This document shows, piece after piece, positions 9,911 through 20,194 of a stretch of 64,000 nucleotides of DNA. Numbering within the stretch: the first letter of the stretch is position 1; each line of letters starts with the position of its first letter. The position numbers and the translations under genes were made by a program. This stretch comes from an uncultured Actinomycetes bacterium (lineage in GTDB: Bacteria; Actinomycetota; Thermoleophilia; Gaiellales; Gaiellaceae). The stretch covers positions 173,087-237,086 of the forward strand of contig CAWHBM010000003.1 in assembly GCA_963827725.1 (NCBI GenBank), read 5' to 3'. Below the pieces are notes generated by a model, which made no database searches, was not told the DNA's origin, and saw nothing but the letters and a program-made list of their open reading frames with translations.

Positions 9911-11735
9911 CTAGCCGCGCAGGGTCGCGAGCACCTCGTCGCCGTAGCGCTCGAGCTTGGCGGGGCCGATTCCGGGGACCGCGGCGAGCTCTTCGCGAGT
10001 CTGCGGAGCCCTGCGCACGATCTCGGCGAGCGTCGTGTTGTGGAAGATCACGTACGCGGGGCGCTCCTCTGCCTTCGCGGTGGCGAGCCGCCAGCGCTTG
10101 AGCGCTTCGTACGCTGGGTCGTCGGGCTCGAGGGGCTTGGGCGGAGGCGCTGCCTGGATGTCGAGCTCGGCCAGGAAGCGGCTGGGCTTGCCGGCCCACG
10201 TCACGGTCAGGTGGCGCTTGGCCCGCGTCAGGCCGACGTAGAGAAGCCGGCGCTCCTCGTCAATTGCCGCATCGGTCTTCGAGAGCTTCGACGGCAGCTC
10301 ACGCTCCTCGAGCCGCGGCAGGAAGACCGCGTCGAACTCGAGCCCCTTCGCGCGGTGATAGGTCAGGAGGTGGACGCCCTTGGTGGAGGTGGTCCCGAAG
10401 CGCTCCTCGAGTTGCGCGACGAACTGCGCGACGGTGCCCTCGCCGAACTCCTCGGCCAGCTTGACCAGACGCGCGAGATCGTTCTGGCGCGTTACCTCGC
10501 GCTCACCGAGCTTGTCGGGAATCACCTCGAGCATCCCCTGCTCCAGCGCGACGCGGCGAACCTCGGAGACCGATCCACCAGAACCTCGCAGCGCCTTCAA
10601 GAGCTGCTTGGCGCCCTGGCGCGAAAGGAAAGCCGCGCCCTGGAACGGAATGTGCGCGTCGGTCAGCGCCTCCTCGAAGTCGGCAGAGCGAGCGTTCGTC
10701 CGGAAGAGAAGCGCCATGTCCTCGTAGGGCGTCCCGGCCGCGTGCAGCTCGCGCATCCGCTCGACGATGAATCGCCGCCTCGAGCTCGGGGTCGCGGAAG
10801 GAGCGGGTGACCGGCGCGTCGCCTCCGGGAAGCGTGGCCCGCAGCACCTTCTCGGCGCCGCCGAGCCGCGGCACGAGCCGATTCGCGAACTCGAGCACCT
10901 CGGGAGTCGAGCGGTAGTTCTCCTCGAGCCGGACGACGGTCGCGCCCGGGAATCGCTCGGGCATCGAGAGCAGGTGCTCCGGGCTTGCTCCGGTGAAGGC
11001 GTAGATCGACTGGTAGTCGTCACCGACCGCACAGAGCTCGTCCCGGTCGCCGAGCCAGCGGTCGAGCAGCGTCTGCTGCAGCGTGTTGACGTCCTGATAC
11101 TCGTCGACGGTAAACGCGCGGTACCGGTCGCGCACCTGATCGAGGGCGCCCGCGTCGGCGTCGAAGAGCCGGATCGCCATCTCCAGCAAGTCCTCGAAGT
11201 CGACGTAACCCTGGTCGACCTTTCGCAGCTCGTAGTCGCGGTAGACCTTGACCATCAGGTCTTTGGGGATCGGGGGCTCGTGATCGCCGAGCGAGCGGAG
11301 GTACTCGCCGGGCGCGATGCGCCGGTTCTTCGCCCACTCGACCTCGGTCGCGAGGTCGGCCGCCGGCCGGAACTTGTACGGCGCCGGCAGCGAGTTCCCG
11401 ATGTAGCGAAGCGGCAGCGCCTTGGACGCCATGATCTTGCCGATCGGCTCCGGCGCGAAGAAACGAAGCTGCCCGAGCGCCGCGGAGTGGAACGTGCTTG
11501 CCCGCACGCCTGTGACGCCCAGCGCCTCCAACCGAGCCCGCATCTCGCCGGCGGCCTTGTCCGTAAAGGTGACAGCGAGGATCTGGTCGGACGCAAATGC
11601 CCCGGTCTTGACCTGGTTTGCGACTCGGTGCGTGATCGTCGTGGTCTTGCCGGACCCCGCGCCGGCCAGAATGCAAACCGGTCCGCGAACGGCCTCAACC
11701 GCGCGGCGCTGCTCCGGATTCAACTCCGAGGACAC
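9911..11735 (-). pseudogene. UvrD/PcrA-family ATP-dependent DNA helicase with C-terminal HRDC-like domain; apparent +1 frameshift near 10772
   Basis: GTG 11735. Walker A AGAGSGKTTTI and DEYQDVN lie in the 10503..11735 frame. FIVERMRELHAAG...LTYHRAKGLEFD...VGLTRAK and the C-terminal HRDC-like part lie in the 9911..11032 frame. Length is 1825 nt (3n+1). Confidence 0.85.
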
Positions 11736-11766
11736 GAGGCCACCCTAATTCGGGCGGCGGAGGACC

Positions 11767-13665
11767 TTAGTGAAGCGTCTGCTCCGAAACCGTGTCAGTT
11801 TGCGCGACCCCGACACGGCGCGGGGCTCGCACCATCGCGGAGAGCCGGGAGACGACATGGAGCGTCTCACCTTCCTCGACGAGCTGCTCGAGCGCGCCGA
11901 GCTCTTCCTCGAGCCAGACGCCGTCCACGGGCGGGCGCCGCGCGCGATGGATCTTCGGATGCGCGGTCTCGCCGACGGTCTCGTTCTCGCCCCAGAGCTC
12001 TTCGTGGAGCTTCTCTCCTGCTCGGACGCCGATGAACTCGATCGCGATGTCGCGGTCGGGCTCCTTTCCCGAGAGCCTGATCATCGACTGCGCCAGGTCG
12101 AGGATCTTCACGGGCTCGCCCATGTCGAGGACGAAGATCTCGCCGCGACCGCCGATCGAGCCTGCCTGGATGACCAGGGACACGGCCTCCGGAGTCGTCA
12201 TGAAGAACCGCGTCATCTCCGGGTTCGTCACCGTCACAGGCCCGCCCTTGGCGATCTGGCGCTTGAAGATGCGAATCACGCTCCCGGCCGAGTCGAGGAC
12301 GTTGCCGAAGCGAACCGCGACGAAGCGGGTCGAGACGTCCTCGCGCGCGCCGTAGGCCTCGACGATCCACTCGCAGAGGGCCTTCGACTGGCCGTAGACC
12401 GCTTGCGCGTTCAGCGCCTTGTCCGTCGAGACGAGCACGAAGCGCTTGGCCTCGAACTCGACGGCGACCTCGGCGACGACCTTCGTCCCGAGCACGTTGT
12501 TTCGCACCGACTCGAGCGGGTTCGCCTCCATCATCGGCACGTGCTTGTACGCGGCCGCGTGGAAGACGACGCTCGGCCGGTAGCGGTCGAAGACCTGGCG
12601 CAGCTTCTCCCGGTTGCCGATGTCGGCGATCACGGGCACGCTTGCCGGGAAGCCGCGGTCGTCCGTCAACTCGCGCTCGATCTCGTAGAGCGGCGACTCG
12701 GCCTGGTCGACGAGGATGAGCCTCGCCGCCCCCGCGCGCGCCGCCTGGCGGCAGAGCTCGGAGCCGATCGAGCCTCCGGCGCCGGTGATCAGCACCGTCT
12801 CGCCGCGCAGGTAGGCCGAGACCTCCTCGAAGTCGACCTCGACGGGCTCACGGCCGAGGATGTCCTCGACCTGCACGGGGCGAATCTGCGCCGCCAGGTT
12901 CGAGTCGCCGGCAATCAGCTCGTAGAGGCCCGGCAGCGTCTTCACCGGAACCTGCGCGTCACGAGCCTGCTCGACGACCTTCTGGCGCACCTCGCCCGAC
13001 GCTGAGGGGATCGCGATCAGGAGCTCGTCGGGCCTGTTGTCGTTGAGGATGTGCGGCAGCTCGGCTGTCGTCCCGAGCACGCGCACGCCCTGGATCCGGT
13101 CGTTGCGCTTGCGCGCGTCGTCGTCGACGAACCCGATCGGCGCGTAGCCGATCCGGCCGCGCTGCATCTCCTTCACGATCAGCTGGCCCGCGTCGCCGGC
13201 GCCGACGACGATCACTTCCTTGCCGCGTGCGACGAGGCCGGACGCAGCCGGCCGCTCGAAGATCGACCGCGCGAGCAGGCGTGTGCCCGCGACGAGCGCG
13301 AGCAGGAGCAGCCAGTCGATGACCGCGACCCCGCGCGGAAGGCGCGCAGTGTCCGCGAGCGGGAAGAAGTAGACGGCGAGGCTGGCCGCGAGGGAGGCGA
13401 CGGTGACACCGCGCAGCGCGCCCCACATGTCGCGGGTGGACACGTAGCGCCACCAGCGGTTGTAGAAGCCGAAGCCGGTGAAGACGAGGAGCTTGATCGC
13501 GACGACGAGCAAGACCATCCGCCAGCTGACGAGCTGCTCGTAGAAGGGCGGGATCTTCGCGTACGAGTCGAAGCGAATCTGGAAGGCGAGCAGCCAGGCG
13601 GCGGCGATCAGCGCGGCATCGGCAGCGAGCTGCCAGATCCGGTGCCGGTTGACCAGGCTACTCAT
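11767..13665 (-). CDS. membrane-bound polysaccharide biosynthesis protein CapD/PglF/WbpM type (UDP-HexNAc 4,6-dehydratase)
   Basis: Start MSSLVNRH at 13665 with four N-terminal TM helices. Rossmann motifs VVGAGDAG and TGAGGSIG. Catalytic-region motif YGQSKALCE. Confidence 0.85.
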   Translation of the reverse strand: MSSLVNRHRIWQLAADAALIAAAWLLAFQIRFDSYAKIPPFYEQLVSWRMVLLVVAIKLLVFTGFGFYNRWWRYVSTRDMWGALRGVTVASLAASLAVYFFPLADTARLPRGVAVIDWLLLLALVAGTRLLARSIFERPAASGLVARGKEVIVVGAGDAGQLIVKEMQRGRIGYAPIGFVDDDARKRNDRIQGVRVLGTTAELPHILNDNRPDELLIAIPSASGEVRQKVVEQARDAQVPVKTLPGLYELIAGDSNLAAQIRPVQVEDILGREPVEVDFEEVSAYLRGETVLITGAGGSIGSELCRQAARAGAARLILVDQAESPLYEIERELTDDRGFPASVPVIADIGNREKLRQVFDRYRPSVVFHAAAYKHVPMMEANPLESVRNNVLGTKVVAEVAVEFEAKRFVLVSTDKALNAQAVYGQSKALCEWIVEAYGAREDVSTRFVAVRFGNVLDSAGSVIRIFKRQIAKGGPVTVTNPEMTRFFMTTPEAVSLVIQAGSIGGRGEIFVLDMGEPVKILDLAQSMIRLSGKEPDRDIAIEFIGVRAGEKLHEELWGENETVGETAHPKIHRARRPPVDGVWLEEELGALEQLVEEGETLHVVSRLSAMVRAPRRVGVAQTDTVSEQTLH

Positions 13666-14750
13666 CGGACGGCCTCCAGCGATACCGCTTCTCTTACCGC
13701 TGCGACGACCTGTTCCTGCACGTCCGCGCCGATTCCCGACCACATCGGAAGCGCGAGATTCTCCCGCGCGGCGCGCTCCGTCTCCGGGAGCTCGGCGTCG
13801 GCCTGCCCGAGGAAGGCCAGCGCGGGCTGCCGGTGCAGCGGCGTCTCGTAGTAGGAGCTCGATGCGATCTCGTTGGCCGCGAGGTGCTCGGCGATCCGGT
13901 CGCGCTCGGGCGAGCGGACGGCAAAGACGTGGTAGACGTGGCCGGCCTCGTCGACGGGAAGCTCGCAGACCTCGCCGAGGCCCAGCTCGCCGTAGCGCGC
14001 GGCGGCCTCTCGGCGCGAGCGGTTCCAACCCTCGAGATGCGGGAGGAAAACGCGCAGGACGGCCGCCTGGAGCTCGTCGAGGCGCGAGTTGTAGCCGATC
14101 AGCTCGAACTGCTTCTTCGCCTTGGAGCCGTGGAAGCGGAGGAGACGCACGCGCTCCGCGAGGTCGTCGTCGTCCGTGGAGACGAGACCTCCGTCGCCGA
14201 ACGCGAACAGGTTCTTCGTCGGGAAGAAGCTGTACGTGGAGGCGATTCCGGTTCGCCCGGTGCCCTGCGCGCCGAAGGCCTGGGCAGCGTCCTCGACGAG
14301 CGGGACGCCCAGCTCGGAGAGCTCCCCGAGCGGGGCCGGCCGGCCGAAGAGGTGCACGGGGAGGATCGCCTTCGTCTTCGGCGTCACCTTCCGGCGCACG
14401 TCGCTCGGATCGAGGTTCATCGTCTGCGGGTCGATGTCCGCGAAGACGGGAGTCGCCCCGCGCTGGACGATTGCCTCTGCGGTCGCATAGAACGTGAAAG
14501 CCGGGCAGATGACCTCGTCCCCCTCGCCCACTCCGAGCGCGTCGAGGGCAAGCACGATCGCGTCGGTTCCGTTCGCAACTCCGATCGCATGCTTGACGCC
14601 GAGGTAGGCGGCGGCCTCCTCCTCGAAGGCGCGGACCTCTGGGCCGAGGATGAACCGGCCGGAGTCGAGGACCTCGGCGATTCGCTCCTTCAGCTCGTCC
14701 AAGAGCGGCGCGTACTGCGCCTTGACGTCAACGAGCGGGATCTGAGCCAC
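13662..14750 (-). CDS. DegT/DnrJ/EryC1/StrS-family PLP-dependent sugar aminotransferase (PglE-like)
   Basis: GTG 14750 (VAQIPLVDVKAQY...). Motifs GVANGTDA and SFFPTKNL, the latter containing the PLP Lys. ATGA overlap with the capD-like start. Confidence 0.85.
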   Translation of the reverse strand: MAQIPLVDVKAQYAPLLDELKERIAEVLDSGRFILGPEVRAFEEEAAAYLGVKHAIGVANGTDAIVLALDALGVGEGDEVICPAFTFYATAEAIVQRGATPVFADIDPQTMNLDPSDVRRKVTPKTKAILPVHLFGRPAPLGELSELGVPLVEDAAQAFGAQGTGRTGIASTYSFFPTKNLFAFGDGGLVSTDDDDLAERVRLLRFHGSKAKKQFELIGYNSRLDELQAAVLRVFLPHLEGWNRSRREAAARYGELGLGEVCELPVDEAGHVYHVFAVRSPERDRIAEHLAANEIASSSYYETPLHRQPALAFLGQADAELPETERAARENLALPMWSGIGADVQEQVVAAVREAVSLEAVR

Positions 14751-15421
14751 GGCGAGCCAGTTTAGTGCCCCGCCGACGGCGGACGTACCAGGCGACCGCG
14801 GCCAGCACGAGCAGCACGCCGACAGCGATGTCCACGTAGCGGAAGTTGTGGTGGAAGCTCTCGTAGCGGGACCCGAGCGCCAGGCCCGCGCCTGCGATCC
14901 CGAAGCACCAGACGGCGGTCCCGAGGAAACTGAGGACGGTGAACCGGCCCAGCGGCATCCGCGGCGATGCCGGCCGGGATGGATACGAACGAGCGCACGA
15001 CAGGTGTGATGCGCCCGAGGAAAACGGCCCAGTTCCCCCAGCGCTCGAACCAGCGCTCGGCGCGAACCAGGTTCTCGGGCCCGAGATGAAGCCAGCGCCC
15101 GTGACTCTCGATCAGCGGGCGGCCGCCGTAGTAGCCGATCCACCAGCCGAACACCGACCCGACTGTGTAGCCCACCACTCCGGCCATCGACATCGCGACG
15201 AACCCCCAGAAGTGCGAGTCGATCTGCGAGCCGAAGAAGACGACGTTCTGGCCCGCAAACGCGCCCGCCGCCAGCGCTCCGGCGTAGAGCATGACGAGCT
15301 CGCTCGCCGCCGGCAGCACAGCGTCGATCAACATCAGGAAGAAGACTGCATAGAGCCCGTGGTCTCCGATCAGCGAGGTCAGGGCGTCCGTCAGGGACGC
15401 GGTAACGGAGGCCAGAAGCAC
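14728..15421 (-). pseudogene. DedA-family membrane protein with an apparent +1 frameshift near 14960
   Basis: The N-terminal frame reads ...GRITPVVRSFVSIPAGIAA and the C-terminal frame MPLGRFTVLSFLGTAVWCFGIAG.... Length is 694 nt (3n+1). Confidence 0.75.
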
Positions 15422-15430
15422 CGCGGGAGA

Positions 15431-17152
15431 CTAGCGGCGCGCGCGGCGGACGAGGAAGCGGCGCTCGAGCTCGGAGAGGCCGAAGGAGTTCGACGTCTGC
15501 ACGCGTGCGACATACGTCCCGGAGAAAGCGCGAACGCCGTTTGCGTAGCGGCCGTTCCACTGGATGCTCGTCTGTCCGGCCCGTCGCCGCTGGCGAATCG
15601 TCCGGACGCGAGCCCCGCTCGCGGTCTCGATCGTCAACGTGACGGCTGCGCGATGGGCGAGCCGGAAGCCGACTCGCAGCTTGCCGCCGCGGCGACGGAC
15701 GACCACGCGCGTGGGACGCACTCTCAGGTAGCCGAGCGTGTTGTTGAGGTAGAAGACTCGCTCGACCCGCGACTGCTGCCCCTGGTCGTCGACCGCGTTG
15801 ATCACCCAGCGCCAGCGGCCTTCTGGCTCGGGCGCGCCCGCCGGCGTTCGGCCCGACCAGCCGAGCCGGTAAAGGCCGGGCTCACGCAGGCCCGTCTGCG
15901 TCTGCCGTGGGATCCGGTCGGGCCCGATGAGGCTCGCCGTAACCGTCGAGGGCCTCACGATCTTGTAGCTCAGCGCCTGCACCTCGGCGAAGCCGTCTCC
16001 GTTGGGCGAGAGGACCCGCTGGGCCGCCGGCGGCGCGTGGACGCCGTAGTAGAAGACGAAGAGACCGTCCGCGACCGCCCGCTCCGGCTCGGACGGCCGG
16101 TTCAGGAGCTTGCCGTCGAAAGCCATCGTCGTCGAGCCGCCCGCGTCGAGCGCGCTTGCGGTCACGGCACCCAGGCTGACCATCCTCTGCGCAAGCTCGA
16201 AGTTGGTGGCGCCGGTGCTGTAACCCGGCTGCCGCCCGTCGATCGCGACGAAGATGATGCGGCCGTCCGCTTTCTGGCCGACGGCCGTGCGCGGGTGTCG
16301 GAGCGAGAGCTGGCTGCTCGTGAACGATTCGAGCGCCCTGAAGACGGGCTGCCGGTCACGGACGATCAGCGGCCCGCCGCCGACCGCGTCGACGACGCCG
16401 GCCCACTCGGGGCGCAGAACGAGGCGGGCAGTCACGACCTGGCCGACCGGCGCCTCGGACGCGAGCCTGCTGGCCGAGGTCCCGCGGCCCACGAGCACCG
16501 CGCCGGTGGGCGGAATCGGCGTGCCACCTGCAGGCTTCACGGCGACCACCGTTCCGGTCAGATCCGTAGCCGGAGAGGCAGGTGGGAACGTGTCGAGCGT
16601 GACCTCGACGGTTCCCTGCGCGGCGGGGGTCGTCGGCCCCCACGCCGGTGTGAAGAGCGATACGCCTTGCTCGCCCGGTCGCTGGTTGAGCCCGTTGAGC
16701 GGGCGCCGCTGGGTCGAGCCCTGCCAGGTCCCGAGCATCTTCACCCGTTGGACGAGCAGGCGCCCGTCGTCGGTGATGCCAACGGTCGACCGCTTCGGAT
16801 GAGGTGGGGTCTTCATCACGCCGGATTCCATGAACATCCCGCTGGGCAGTCCCTCGTTCCAGGTGAAGAGATCGGCGTTGACCCCGCCGACGGTCGCGCT
16901 CGCCGAGGCGCTCCGCTGCATCGAGGTGACCGTCTCCCGGCCCTGAACGGAGTCGTTCGACAGCACCGGGCGCAGCGCGTAGAGGCCGCCCGGCTTGGGC
17001 GCGGTCATGATGTGAACGACCTCGGGCCCGTGCGGCGTGAACCACACCTGGCGCTCGTAGGTGACTCCCGGCGTCAGCGACACACGGCCCGCGGATGCGG
17101 ACGGCGCGAGGATGCCGGCGAGGACAGCCGCTATCAGGACTCTTCGGAGCAC
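15431..17152 (-). CDS. secreted phosphodiester glycosidase (DUF2233/NAGPA-like) protein with C-terminal FlgD-Ig-like domain
   Basis: Signal peptide MLRRVLIAAVLAGILAPSASA. Central RTAVGQKADGRIIFVAIDGRQ...ALDAGGSTTM region typical of the family. Confidence 0.65.
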   Translation of the reverse strand: MLRRVLIAAVLAGILAPSASAGRVSLTPGVTYERQVWFTPHGPEVVHIMTAPKPGGLYALRPVLSNDSVQGRETVTSMQRSASASATVGGVNADLFTWNEGLPSGMFMESGVMKTPPHPKRSTVGITDDGRLLVQRVKMLGTWQGSTQRRPLNGLNQRPGEQGVSLFTPAWGPTTPAAQGTVEVTLDTFPPASPATDLTGTVVAVKPAGGTPIPPTGAVLVGRGTSASRLASEAPVGQVVTARLVLRPEWAGVVDAVGGGPLIVRDRQPVFRALESFTSSQLSLRHPRTAVGQKADGRIIFVAIDGRQPGYSTGATNFELAQRMVSLGAVTASALDAGGSTTMAFDGKLLNRPSEPERAVADGLFVFYYGVHAPPAAQRVLSPNGDGFAEVQALSYKIVRPSTVTASLIGPDRIPRQTQTGLREPGLYRLGWSGRTPAGAPEPEGRWRWVINAVDDQGQQSRVERVFYLNNTLGYLRVRPTRVVVRRRGGKLRVGFRLAHRAAVTLTIETASGARVRTIRQRRRAGQTSIQWNGRYANGVRAFSGTYVARVQTSNSFGLSELERRFLVRRARR

Positions 17153-17251
17153 GACCCTGCACGAGGCTAGCGAAACGATCAGCGGGCCTGCGCAGGCTTT
17201 ACATCTTTCGAACCGGAATCAGCGGCGTCCGACGGGAAAAAGTGGAAGCCG

Positions 17252-18333
17252 CTAGTTCCAGGTCTTTACGTCGCGGTACAGCGTGTCGCGCTGCACCGGG
17301 GTCTTGCCGAGCGCCTTGATCGCGCGGATGAAGTCGTCTGTCGACGCGCGATGCGTTGTTCCGGCCGCCGAGACGACGTTCTCCTCGATCATCACCGAGC
17401 CGAGGTCGTCGGCCCCGAAGCCGAGAGCGACCTGGCCGACCTTCATCCCTTGCGTGACCCAGGACGACTGGATGTGGTCGACGTTGTCGAGGTAGATCCG
17501 GCTCACCGCCTGCGTGAGCAGGTACTCGAGCGACGTCGGGTGATGTGTGACGAGCGGGGCAAGTCGCGTGCCCTGCGGCTGAAACGTCCAGGAGATGAAG
17601 GCGCGGAAGCCGCGCGTCTCGTCCTGGAGCTCACGGATGCGCCGCATGTGCTCGATCCGTTCGGCGAGCGTCTCGACGTGGCCGTACATCATCGTGGCCG
17701 TCGTCGACATGCCCAGCCGGTGCGCGTGGCGCATGACGTTCAGCCAGTCGGCGGTCCTGGTCTTCTTCGGCGCGATCACGTCGCGGACGCGGTCGACGAG
17801 GATCTCTGCCCCGCCGCCGGGAATCGAGTCGAGGCCGGAGTCGCGCAAGCGGGTGAGCGTGGCCGGGATGCTGAGCTTCGACCGGCGCGCGATGTGCTGG
17901 ATCTCGGGCGGCGAGAGCGCGTGCAGGTGAATCGGGTAGCGCTCCTTGATCGAGCGGAAGAGGTCTTCGTAGTAGTCCACCGCGAGATCGGGGTGGTGCC
18001 CGCCCTGCATGAGGACGCCGGTGCCGCCGATGGCGAGGGTCTCCTCGATCTTCTTGAAGATGACCGTCTTCGGGAGCAGGTACCCCTCGGCGCGGTCGCC
18101 CGGCCGGCGGTAGAAGGCGCAGAAGTCGCAATCGGTGACGCAGACGTTCGTGTAGTTGACGTTGCGGTCGATGATGAACGTGATCCGGCCCGGGTCGGTG
18201 CGTCGTCCCCGGAGAGCCTCGGCCGCTTTGCCGATCGCGACGAGGTCTTTCGACTCGAGGAGCGCGAGAGCCTCGGTGTCGGTGATCCGCTCGCCGTCGA
18301 GCGCCTTCTCGAGGAATGTCCGCCGCTGCTCAT
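17252..18333 (-). pseudogene. mqnC: cyclic dehypoxanthinyl futalosine synthase (radical SAM), frame broken within the first ~6 codons
   Basis: The body frame is open from 18340 and encodes FLEKALDGERIT...NYTNVCVTDCDFCAFY.... It has no ATG/GTG/TTG before 18010. ATG 18333 forms an ATGA overlap with the mqnA stop but sits in another frame. Length is 1082 nt (3n+2), suggesting a 1-nt deletion. Confidence 0.75.
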
Positions 18334-19091
18334 GCCGGCACTACCTCTCCCTGGATGAAGCGGAGGTCTGGGATGCGCTCGAGCTGGCCTGCGTCGCGTG
18401 CGAGCTCCATGAACGTGAAGAGCCCGGCGCGCTCGCGCGGACCGAACCGGTAGCGCAGCTTCTCGAAGTAGCGCGCGAGGAAGCCCGGCGGATACCCGTA
18501 TCGCTCGCTTGCCTCGCGGGCGAGCACGTCCGGCTCGGCGCGGGCTTGGCGCACCGACGCGACGAGGGCGTCCTCCAGCTCGTTGATCCCTTCCGGCGGC
18601 GGATCGAGCGTTGCCCAGACGGCGAAGACCATCGGCAGGCCGGTGCGCTCCGTCCACATCCGGCCGAGATCGTGGTGCGGGGTCGGGTCCTCGAAGGCGC
18701 TGCGCAGCGCCGCATCGCCGATCAGCAGCTTGCCGTCTGCCTGCTCATCGAACGGAACCTGCTGGGCTTCGGGCAGGAGAACTCGAGCGAGCACGACAGA
18801 GGTCGCGCTCTCCGGCGTCACCGCGACGCTCCGGATGCGCTCGAGCGGCACCGAGGAGACGAGCTGGATCGAATCGACCGCCCCTTCCGAGGAGACGCAG
18901 AGCCGCGGGAGGAGCTTGAGACGGTCGGCGTTTCGCGCCCACTCGATCGACGGGATCGGCGCCACGTCCACCTCGCCGGCTAGCAGGGCCCGCGCAAGCT
19001 CGGTCGGCACGCCTGCGACCTCCTCCACGTCGGCATCGAGCCGGTGGAAGACCGGCGCCATGTTCACGTACGAGATGCGTCCGAGTCTCAC
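18330..19091 (-). CDS. mqnA: chorismate dehydratase (futalosine pathway)
   Basis: 253 aa starting MRLGRISYVNMAPVF, a periplasmic-binding-protein-like MqnA family signature. It lies between mqnE and mqnC. Confidence 0.8.
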   Translation of the reverse strand: MRLGRISYVNMAPVFHRLDADVEEVAGVPTELARALLAGEVDVAPIPSIEWARNADRLKLLPRLCVSSEGAVDSIQLVSSVPLERIRSVAVTPESATSVVLARVLLPEAQQVPFDEQADGKLLIGDAALRSAFEDPTPHHDLGRMWTERTGLPMVFAVWATLDPPPEGINELEDALVASVRQARAEPDVLAREASERYGYPPGFLARYFEKLRYRFGPRERAGLFTFMELARDAGQLERIPDLRFIQGEVVPA

Positions 19092-20146
19092 CAGCGACGG
19101 ACCTCGTTGTAGAGGGTGTCCCGCTGCACGGGAATCCGACCCGCTTCCTGCACGACACGGACGAGCTCGTCGATCTTCTGCTCCGTCTCGGTCTGCGCGC
19201 CCGCCGCGTGGAAGATCTCCTCCCGTACGACCGTCCCCTGCACGTCATTTGCGCCGAAATGCAGGGCAATTTGCGTCAGCGGGAGGCCCATCATGATCCA
19301 GTAGGCCTTCACGTTCGGGACGTTGTCGAGCAGCAGACGCGAGACGGCGATCACCTTCAGGTCGTCGGAACCGGCGGTGTGCTTCCAGCCGCGCTTCTCG
19401 AAGACGGTGTTCTCCGGGTGGAACGCGAGCGGGATGAACGCGAGGAAGCCGCCCGTCTCGTCCTGGAGATCGCGGAGCCGGAGGAGGTGGTCGACCCGCT
19501 CCTCGTAGGTTTCGACGTGGCCGTAGAGCATCGTGCAGTGCGTCGGGATCCCGAGCGCGTGTGCCGTGCGGTGGACGTGGAACCAGTTGTCGGGATGCTC
19601 CTTGCCGGGTGCGACGAGACGCCGCACGCGATCGGCGAAGACCTCGGCGCCGCCGCCCGGGAGCGAGCCGAGACCGACGTCGCGCAGCTCGCGCAGCACC
19701 TCTTCGTGCGTGAGGCCGGAGAGCTTCGTCATGTGATGGATTTCGCTCGCCGTGAACAGCTTCAGGTGCACGTCCGGCATCGCCTCGTGCAGCTGGCGGA
19801 CGATCTCGACGTAGTACGAAAAATCGACGTGAGGGCTCTCGCCGCCGACCATGTGGATCTCGGTGAACCCGGTCAGCTCGCGCTGGCGGAGCGCGTCCTC
19901 GACGAGCTCCTCGGCCGTGTAGGTGTACGCGGCCTCCTGCTTCTGCGTGACGGCGAAGGCGCAGAACTTGCACTTCACGCGGCAGACGTTCGTCTGGTTC
20001 AAGTACAGGTTCTGGACGAAGTAGACCTCGTCGTTGCCGCCCCGCTGTCGCCGCGCGAGGTCGGCGAGCTCTCCGATCCCGAGCAGGTCGTCGGACTCCA
20101 TCAGCGCGAGCCCGTCTTCGAGGCCGAGCCGCTCGCCGGCCTCCAC
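19088..20146 (-). CDS. mqnE: aminodeoxyfutalosine synthase (radical SAM)
   Basis: NQTNVCRVKCKFCAF radical-SAM motif and a C-terminus ending IPVQRDTLYNEVRRW, paralogous to mqnC. The true start may be ATG 20195 (TGATG overlap with the ids stop) with one extra base near 20170. Confidence 0.8.
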   Translation of the reverse strand: MEAGERLGLEDGLALMESDDLLGIGELADLARRQRGGNDEVYFVQNLYLNQTNVCRVKCKFCAFAVTQKQEAAYTYTAEELVEDALRQRELTGFTEIHMVGGESPHVDFSYYVEIVRQLHEAMPDVHLKLFTASEIHHMTKLSGLTHEEVLRELRDVGLGSLPGGGAEVFADRVRRLVAPGKEHPDNWFHVHRTAHALGIPTHCTMLYGHVETYEERVDHLLRLRDLQDETGGFLAFIPLAFHPENTVFEKRGWKHTAGSDDLKVIAVSRLLLDNVPNVKAYWIMMGLPLTQIALHFGANDVQGTVVREEIFHAAGAQTETEQKIDELVRVVQEAGRIPVQRDTLYNEVRRW

Positions 20147-20194
20147 CTTCTCGCGAATCGGCTCGAGCGTGGAGAGTGCGGTCGAGGACTGCCA

